Shown here: positions 22,849 through 28,631 of the stretch, piece after piece | How positions within the stretch are numbered: the stretch's first letter is position 1 | How the letters are laid out: each line of letters begins with the position of its first letter | IMG/VR virus record: IMGVR_UViG_3300021376_000266 | Span: 1-28,631 of that record | Direction: 5' to 3' (one strand) | Length of the DNA stretch: 28,631 nt | From: a virus | Taxonomy: Duplodnaviria > Caudoviricetes | Translations under genes and position numbers: made by a program | The notes under the pieces: model-generated | Database searches by the model: none | Seen by the model: the letters and a program-made list of their open reading frames with translations, nothing else | What the model was told of the DNA's origin: nothing

Positions 22849-23246
22849 TTAGTATTTATACATTCCCTGAACTCTTCCTTTCGGAAGTCCAGATTTTGTT
22901 CTTTTCGCGTATCCTGCACCAAGATATCCCATTGCCACTGCTGCAGCAATTCTTTTACCACCCCTAGCATATATGGCTTTATCCATTTGCTGAGTTGACA
23001 ATGGTCCAAATCCTTTTGTTCTTTTAAGTCCTGCAGGCAGTGTAGCGCCGACGGAACCGCGCATTAGCTGGGTCTCCTATCATTTTACCTTTTGATCCTA
23101 CAGCGTAACGAAATCCTCGATCAGCTAAGTTGCCCATGAAACTTGCAGTGCCGGTTTGTTGCTGGGTAGATGTACCACCAGCAGTGCCGCGCAAACCGAC
23201 GCCTTAAACCTGATAACGCTGGTATTATTGGTCTTGCTCTTGGCAT
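22849..23246 (-). CDS. Basic Gly-rich protein, ~131 aa, two +1 shifts (CGG at 23198, 23059)
   Basis: ATG 23246 (SD AAAGGA) gives MPRARPIIPALSGLRR[G]LRGTAGG...IGDPANA[G]SVGATLPAG...GMYKY*. Confidence 0.68.
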
Positions 23247-23291
23247 GTGTATTCCTTTAAATAGTTAGAAATTATATTAAAATAGTAAACA

Positions 23292-24735
23292 TTAAATCTG
23301 CGATGTAGAGTATTTTGATTGTTTTCTTTTAGGTTTAATAGTCTTAAATATAAACTCATTCTCCGAAAAAGCTATTTCAAATTTGGAACCGCGTGGCATC
23401 ACTGTTTGTATTAGAATATCTGCTAAAGGTGTCTCTATAAGATCTCTTCTTACTTTTGAGATACCTCGTGCACCCTGGACACTATCAATCCCCTTTTTAA
23501 TTAATGCGTCGATAACATCGTCAGTGTAGCTGGCAATAAAACCTTTCTTTGATAATTTATCTACGACTTTGTACATTTCAAGTTTCCCTATGTCAATCAA
23601 ATTTTGATAAGACAAATAATTAAAGACAATCATTTTATCAAGCCTATTCAAAAACTCTGGCCTAAAATGTTTCTTTACCGCCTCCACGCTGTTTTTCTCA
23701 ACCATTGATCTTTGCGGTATCTCTGAAGTCGTAAGTTTTGCATCTATGCTTCTAGTAAAACCGGCACCAGCTGAAGTCAGATGGTTAACGGTTTTTTCGT
23801 TACCTAAATTAGTTGTTAATATAATTATTGAATTTTTAAAACTTATCTGTTCTCCCTTAGAATCTGTTAGAACACCATCTTCAAAAACTCTTAAAAAAGT
23901 ATTCCATAAATCAGAATGCGCTTTTTCCACTTCATCTAAAAGAACAACGGTATTTGGATTTTTTTTCATCATATTCACAAGGTGACCGCCTTCATCGTGC
24001 CCGACATACCCAGGCGGTGAACCTATAAGTTTTTGGTTCTCATGCTTGTGCTGATATTCTCCACAATCGATTCTCACCATTTGGGAGTTTTCGCCGAATA
24101 GATAGTTAGATACGGCAGCCGCAAGATGGGTTTTTCCAACACCAGAAGCTCCTGCAAAAAGAAAAATTCCTAAAGGCCTATTCTCGTCGGATAATCCAAC
24201 CTGTGACCTTTTCAAGGCATTGACGACTTCTTTTATGGCCTCATCTTGGCCTATCACTTGAGATTTAAGATAATCTTCTAAACCAAGAAACTTTTGTTTT
24301 GTTATCCTTCTTTGTTTTATTTTTGTTTCTTGATGTTTAGTATTGCTTCTTTTATCGTTAATAAATTTTTTTACTTTTTCAAAATCTATTGGTAAGTTTT
24401 CTAGATCTACATTATTATCAAAAAAGGTAGGATCATAAAAATCTGGATTTGCTAAAGAAACCCAACTATCTATATCCAAACCAGGGTTTAACATTACGCA
24501 TCCGTTGTATATGGATGTTAGGCATCTTTCGGCATCATTTCTTGACATTCCGTCTTAGTGCTTCAGCAATATCTGTTTTAAGATTAAATGCAACGTTGTC
24601 TAGAACGCCTTTTTTAAATTCTTCCGGATTGTCGGTAGACAAGTTTTGTACCAAATCTTTTATTTCATCAGGGTCGAGCAATTTGTACTTCACATACACT
24701 GAAAGGTCTGGCATGTAGATTTGGTAAATTCTCAC
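23292..24735 (-). CDS. ClpA/ClpB-type AAA+ ATPase (second AAA module only), ~480 aa, one +1 shift at CGG 24552-24550
   Basis: 'VIGQDEA', Walker A 'GASGVGKT', pore loop 'LIGSPPGYVG', Walker B 'LLDEVEKAH' and 'FRPEFLNRLD'. CTA AGA [C] GGA ATG TCA joins 24535..24735 to 23292..24548. Confidence 0.88.
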
Positions 24736-24820
24736 TACATCTCGATTCTACTATTTTTTAAAAAGAGTGTATTACCTAATATAATAATATATAGTAATAT
24801 AAGTGTAGTAGTATACGTAC

Positions 24821-24842
24821 GGGGGAGGGGGGGAAGGGGGGG
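24821..24842 (+). repeat. Intergenic G-tract (G5-A-G7-AA-G7)
   Basis: Read directly, within an otherwise very AT-rich spacer. Confidence 0.9.
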
Positions 24843-24889
24843 CGCTAAACAATTGTAATGCAGTGTCAAGTGCAAAATCAAGTCGTACA

Positions 24890-25045
24890 TTATTTTTTTT
24901 CTATTATTTTTTCTATGTGAGGGTACTTTTCCATACACGGTCCAGTAATTGACCAATATTTTAATAAATCCATTGGAGTTCTTGTTCTTTTAAGAATCAC
25001 TAGCGCTCTCTTGTAATCATAATTTATATTTATTTTGTTATCCAT
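24890..25045 (-). CDS. Small hypothetical protein, 51 aa (not in track)
   Basis: MDNKININYDYKRALVILKRTRTPMDLLKYWSITGPCMEKYPHIEKIIEKK*, downstream of a TGGTATAAT box at 25073-25081. Confidence 0.5.
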   Translation of the reverse strand: MDNKININYDYKRALVILKRTRTPMDLLKYWSITGPCMEKYPHIEKIIEKK

Positions 25046-25072
25046 ATTTTTTCTTTCTGTTGCGTGGCAACC

Positions 25073-25133
25073 ATTATACCAAATACGACAGTCCTACTGC
25101 GCTAGCATAAAAAATGTTTTCTTGTGGTATAAT
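25073..25133. promoter_or_regulatory. Back-to-back extended -10 promoters (TGGTATAAT on - at 25073-25081 and on + at 25125-25133)
   Basis: Two exact TGnTATAAT boxes at the strand switch. The + copy is 9 nt before the recA ATG with no SD, so the mRNA is probably leaderless or nearly so. Confidence 0.65.
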
Positions 25134-25142
25134 TGTTGAATC

Positions 25143-26132
25143 ATGGCAGAAAAACAAAAAGAATCAAAACAACTTGAATTAGCAATTGCTCAATTAGAAA
25201 AACAGTATGGTAACGGATCGGTGATGATTCTTGGCAACAAGAATACCTCAACGTGGCCTTCAGTTTCTACTGGAGCACTTCCGTTAGATATAATTTTAGG
25301 AATTGGTGGATTACCTCTTGGTAGAGTTGTAGAAATATACGGTCCAGAATCTTCTGGTAAATCTACGGTTGCATTGTCTGTCATAGCAGAAGCGCAGAAG
25401 ATGGGTTTGACATGCGCATATGTTGATGCAGAACATGCACTAGATCCAACGTACATGTCAACAGTCGGAATTGATTTAGATAAACTGCTTTTGGCGCAAC
25501 CTTCTTACGGGGAAGAGGCGTTAGAAATCGTTGATACTCTAGTCAAGACTGGTGAAGTCGGGGTGGTGGTGATCGACTCTGTTGCTAGTTTGATTCCGAA
25601 AGCGGAATTGGAAGGCGACATGGAATCATCGCAAATGGGATTGCAAGCGCGTTTGATGGCCAAAGCGATGCGTAAGCTGGTTTCTTTGGCAAATCAGCAC
25701 AAAACATTGCTCGTGTTCACCAATCAAATTCGCAACAAGATTGGTATAATGTTCGGTAATCCAGAAACTACTCCTGGAGGTTTTGCTTTGCGTTTTGCTG
25801 CTTCTGTTAGAATCGATATTCGCAAGAAAGAAGATCTTAAGGATAGAGAAGGAAATTCTGTCGGAGTAAGAGTGAAGGCAAAAATCATCAAGAACAAGAT
25901 GGCGCCTCCGATGAAAGTGACTGAATTCGATATTTTGTACGGTCAAGGTATAGATTATGTGGGGTGCATACTTGACGCCGGTATGGATGCTGGTATTTTC
26001 ACGCAGAAAGGTGCGTGGGTGTACTACAATGGCGAATCATTCGCTCAAGGCAGAGATGCTTCGATTGCTAGACTAAGAGAGGAAATTTCCTTGGCCAAAG
26101 AAATTAAGGACAAAATCTTAAATGGCGACTGA
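25143..26132 (+). CDS. recA: RecA recombinase
   Basis: 'GGLPLGRVVEIYGPESSGKST', 'DAEHALDP', 'IDSVASLIPKAELEGDM', 'GLQARLM', 'NQIR' and 'FGNPETTPGG'. Confidence 0.97.
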   Translation: MAEKQKESKQLELAIAQLEKQYGNGSVMILGNKNTSTWPSVSTGALPLDIILGIGGLPLGRVVEIYGPESSGKSTVALSVIAEAQKMGLTCAYVDAEHALDPTYMSTVGIDLDKLLLAQPSYGEEALEIVDTLVKTGEVGVVVIDSVASLIPKAELEGDMESSQMGLQARLMAKAMRKLVSLANQHKTLLVFTNQIRNKIGIMFGNPETTPGGFALRFAASVRIDIRKKEDLKDREGNSVGVRVKAKIIKNKMAPPMKVTEFDILYGQGIDYVGCILDAGMDAGIFTQKGAWVYYNGESFAQGRDASIARLREEISLAKEIKDKILNGD

Positions 26133-26298
26133 TGTCACAATCTGTCCGGATTGTTCTTATCCTCCGAAATTCCAGTACACTCGTCTGCCAAAAACTGATG
26201 ACGGTCAAACAAGAGTCGAAGTCCATTGCAGAGATTGTAACGATATTTGGGTTGAGGTAAGTTTGTCAGAACCTGAGGAAGATTTGCCTGATGAATGA
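26122..26298 (+). CDS. Zinc-ribbon small protein, 58 aa (not in track)
   Basis: MATDVTICPDCSYPPKF...VHCRDCNDIW...LPDE*; overlaps the recA stop. Confidence 0.65.
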   Translation: MATDVTICPDCSYPPKFQYTRLPKTDDGQTRVEVHCRDCNDIWVEVSLSEPEEDLPDE

Positions 26299-26425
26299 CG
26301 ATAAAAAAGATTCTTCGGAATATCAGTCGTCCGTAGAAGATCTGTACGAAAAGGCGTTAATCATTTATATGAATTCTAGAGATCTTTTAATCGAATTATC
26401 TGAATTGCTAGAACCCAAGAATTAA
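26291..26425 (+). CDS. Small hypothetical protein, 44 aa
   Basis: MNDDKKDSSEYQSSVEDLYEKALIIYMNSRDLLIELSELLEPKN*; overlaps the previous stop, with GAGGA upstream. Confidence 0.5.
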   Translation: MNDDKKDSSEYQSSVEDLYEKALIIYMNSRDLLIELSELLEPKN

Positions 26426-26497
26426 TTCCTTTAATTTGCCCGTTTTCGCGACAAAATTTTTTATTTATTTTTTAACGTTCTAGTACTATATGTATAC

Positions 26498-26826
26498 ATG
26501 GACGATCGTTGGATGACCGAGATCTGGGATAAGTTGAGATCCCTGTTTTTGGAGAAGAAAAGAGAGACACGGCGACATAGTTATGTTGTTTGAGTACGAG
26601 TCCCGGTATCATAGATGATGACGATGACAGGGATGTCAAAAAAAGCGGGATGATTGCGATCTTTGAGAACGAGGACGGTAGGATGTGTTTCACCTTTTTT
26701 AATTCGGCGCAGTGGGAGATGATCCAGGATGTCTCTTCCGTGTCGGATGTTCCGATGGAAGAGACGCTCCTGAACGTGATCAAGGATATGAACACCGTGG
26801 TGTTCTTGGACCCTGACAGCAATTAG
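26498..26826 (+). CDS. Acidic hypothetical protein, ~108 aa, two +1 shifts (CGG at 26570, 26604)
   Basis: ATG 26498, 8 nt after TACTAT, gives MDDRWMTEIWDKLRSLFLEKKRET[G]DIVMLFEYES[G]IIDDDDDRDVKKSG..., which joins track ORF 26590..26826. Confidence 0.62.
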
Positions 26827-27416
26827 TTTATTTGTTGTAGTGTTCCGTATGTCTTTGGTAGAAAGTTGACGTTGTAATATCCGTAGGTGAGAAAACCTAT
26901 GGTTTCCAATGCTGCTTTCTTTGAATAGTTCAACGGGATCTTTGATTTCAAGTTGTATACGATGTGGTTTTTTCCGCTCGATACGATCTTGTCCTGATAG
27001 GCTCGGTTGATGCAGAGTACCTTTTTGGTTTTCTGCCACGATTTGGCCATCTTTTGGATCAGTTCTACGTCGTTTCGTCCGTCGATCAAAACGGCGGCGT
27101 TAAAACAAATATCATGATCCTCATAGAGAGAATAAAAGAAATCACATGATTGTTTGTATCCCACATAGATGACGTGCTTATACTGTTTGGATACCAGTAG
27201 TCGCACCACCACTTTCTGCAGTTTCTTCACCAAAGTTTCATCATCTCCATTAAAATAATATATATCGTGAGTAGAACTCAATAAATCGTGAAAAGCGTCC
27301 TTGAACGGAGCAACCAGCAGTCTGGAATCCATCACAACCACTCTATCCAATTTATCATCCAATAATATATTCTCAGAGAATTTGGCATTATGAGCCAACG
27401 ATTTCTTAGTAGGCAT
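26823..27416 (-). CDS. Hypothetical alpha/beta protein
   Basis: Likely start ATG 27416 (MPTKKSLAH...), overlapping the stop of the upstream gene. 'HVIYVGY' and 'FNAAVLID' weakly suggest a degenerate alpha/beta-hydrolase fold. Confidence 0.6.
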   Translation of the reverse strand: MPTKKSLAHNAKFSENILLDDKLDRVVVMDSRLLVAPFKDAFHDLLSSTHDIYYFNGDDETLVKKLQKVVVRLLVSKQYKHVIYVGYKQSCDFFYSLYEDHDICFNAAVLIDGRNDVELIQKMAKSWQKTKKVLCINRAYQDKIVSSGKNHIVYNLKSKIPLNYSKKAALETIGFLTYGYYNVNFLPKTYGTLQQIN

Positions 27417-27588
27417 AGTTATTATCCCCATACCCGTCGTATCCGTTGTCCTCATCATAGAAATCGTAATCCGAAGACGAAAACTGTTCGAACACCGACT
27501 CTCTATCCTCGTTATACTCTTGTTCCAACTTCTCCAACGAATTCTCGTCATCGAAATCGTCAAAACGATTAACCTTACGTGGACCCAT
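27406..27588 (-). CDS. Small very acidic protein, 60 aa
   Basis: MGPRKVNRFDDFDDENSLEKLEQEYNED...YDGYGDNNYAY*; GAGG/GAAGG upstream. Confidence 0.55.
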   Translation of the reverse strand: MGPRKVNRFDDFDDENSLEKLEQEYNEDRESVFEQFSSSDYDFYDEDNGYDGYGDNNYAY

Positions 27589-27848
27589 AACCTTCAACCT
27601 CTTTCCTGATAGTTTCCGATAATGAATATCAATAGAAGTATTTATTGCGCCGGCCAATCTAGCAGCCCCACAAACACTTGTCAAGTCCTACACACAAAAA
27701 TATTTCCTTTTAAAAAAACCAACATAGGTAAAAGTAAGGAAAAAAATTCAGGGGGGGATCTAATACTTTTGTCTGCTTTTCAAAGCTTTAACGAGCCCAC
27801 CGGAGTATGGGGGGCACGTTAATGTAATAGCACAACTACCTAAGGGAG

Positions 27849-27950
27849 GTGATTGTCATTAGAGTCATACATCAATGGTTATGTAGGCGATGTGGGAAAG
27901 CGTTCTCGTGTATAACGAGAATCTGCCCACATTGTGGTTATGAGCATTAA
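27849..27950 (+). CDS. Zinc-ribbon microprotein, ~33 aa (start uncertain)
   Basis: ...HQWLCRRCGKAFSCITRICPHCGYEH*; strong AAGGGAGGTGA SD at its 5' end and a terminator right after. Confidence 0.5.
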   Translation: MIVIRVIHQWLCRRCGKAFSCITRICPHCGYEH

Positions 27951-27964
27951 CATTAATTGAATAT

Positions 27965-28003
27965 AGAGGGGTAGATACTACGGTATCTGCCCCTCTTTTA
28001 TTT
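27965..28003 (+). terminator. Rho-independent terminator
   Basis: AGAGGGGTAGATAC-TACG-GTATCTGCCCCTCT followed by TTTATTT; UNCG tetraloop. Confidence 0.85.
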
Positions 28004-28233
28004 GCCACCATTATAGGGATGGTGCGCAGGCTTTCCTATGTGCTAGTAGAACTAGTGCGTAGTGGTTGAAGTCTATGATATTTCCACGGCTAAGCCGGTG
28101 CTAGTAGGTGCTAGTACTGTGTGCTGTACGTGGACGATGATGGTAGGGATTATCTTATGGGTAGCCCGAGCCATCTACCTCAGTAACATGGGGTAATAAA
28201 ACCAGGGTTCACACAACCAAAAGGGGGTGACAA

Positions 28234-28446
28234 ATGAACCTAAACTGGCGCGATAAGCGAGTCTGGGCAGTTCTTGCTCTGTGGCTCGTCTTTACGCCCG
28301 CAGTTAGCTGGGTCTTCAGGGTGATTGGTTTCACTCTGGGCCTGGTGAACTGGGCCGGAGTTGCGGTCGTGATTCTTATCACGATTTGTGGCTTCGTGTA
28401 CCGTTCGCTGCGGTCCAACTTGGACAGATCTTCGGATCTGAGCTAA
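28234..28446 (+). CDS. Small two-TM membrane protein
   Basis: SD-like GGGGGTGA; hydrophobic 'VWAVLALWLVFTPAVSWVF' and 'WAGVAVVILITICGFVY'. The C-terminus is uncertain because of an in-frame CGG at 28411. Confidence 0.65.
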   Translation: MNLNWRDKRVWAVLALWLVFTPAVSWVFRVIGFTLGLVNWAGVAVVILITICGFVYRSLRSNLDRSSDLS

Positions 28447-28593
28447 GGATGGAGCTAGCTGTATCCTAGGGAATTAGTTGGAGTTAATTCTGTACTCCGG
28501 CTAAGGAAATAGGGATACGGGGCTGGACATTGCCTGGCAACGGAAATGTGTCACAAGCGGATGCCGACAACGCTGTTAAAGAAGAGGGGCACT

Positions 28594-28631
28594 GAGGGGT
28601 GGACGCTTCGGCGTCTGCCCCTCTTTTATTT
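28594..28631 (+). terminator. Rho-independent terminator
   Basis: GAGGGGTGGACGC-TTCG-GCGTCTGCCCCTC followed by TTTTATTT; cUUCGg loop. Confidence 0.85.

Noticed and set aside
16741-22850. Two SD-like sites read ACGGAG (16742-16747 and 22841-22846), which would be AGGAG without the C, hinting that C insertion also hits non-coding DNA
   Set aside because: GGAG is a usable SD as it stands and other SDs (TAGGAG, AGGAGG) are unaffected, so this is not evidence by itself. It is the best clue for an artefact or DNA-level cause and should be checked in reads.
13-24718. Plus-strand ORFs in the track across the morphogenesis block (e.g. 1652..2110, 6972..7313, 15459..15839)
   Set aside because: They are antisense shadows of well-supported minus-strand genes and have no motifs.
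24735-24956. Track ORF encoding 'APPLPPLP'
   Set aside because: It is a translation of the G-tract spacer; the 24890..25045 frame is more plausible.
1121-26606. Random long-read indel errors or a decaying prophage as the cause of fragmentation
   Set aside because: All breaks are +1, share one codon context, follow the coding strand and spare homopolymers, and I saw no nonsense mutations or deletions. This is disfavoured rather than formally excluded until reads are checked.
27417-27563. N-terminal extension of ORF 26823..27563
   Set aside because: It overlaps the acidic gene 27406..27588 in another frame; ATG 27416 gives a normal short overlap.
27780-28631. tRNA (possible frameshift suppressor), ribozyme or CRISPR array
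   Set aside because: I found no cloverleaf with T-loop/CCA, no complete ribozyme consensus and no regularly spaced repeats.

Overview
This is an AT-rich segment of a large tailed dsDNA phage (Caudoviricetes). Bases 1-24735 are one minus-strand morphogenesis block. In transcription order it holds a ClpA/B-type AAA+ ATPase, small hypotheticals, a set of Gly/Ala/Arg-rich putative internal virion proteins (one of ~1338 aa with a DEDDh exonuclease domain), large terminase, a tail-associated protein, an M15 peptidase fusion, a tail fibre with an S74-type chaperone, portal, a GT2 glycosyltransferase, prohead protease/scaffold, a head decoration-like protein and the start of the major capsid protein. 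A divergent recA, small ORFs and a terminator-bounded cassette follow. The main observation is that the fragmented ORF track is not random. Twelve genes are interrupted at 26 sites, and every site is an in-frame CGG codon where skipping one base (C-GGN read as Gly) restores the frame, conserved Gly motifs and normal starts and stops. My manual scan of the called genes between 1 and 27588 found no in-frame CGG that is read through as Arg. Sites occur in both plus- and minus-strand genes, always in the coding sense. This points to systematic +1 recoding or a natural four-base codon (CGG[A/U/C] = Gly). A sequencing artefact still has to be excluded with raw reads.
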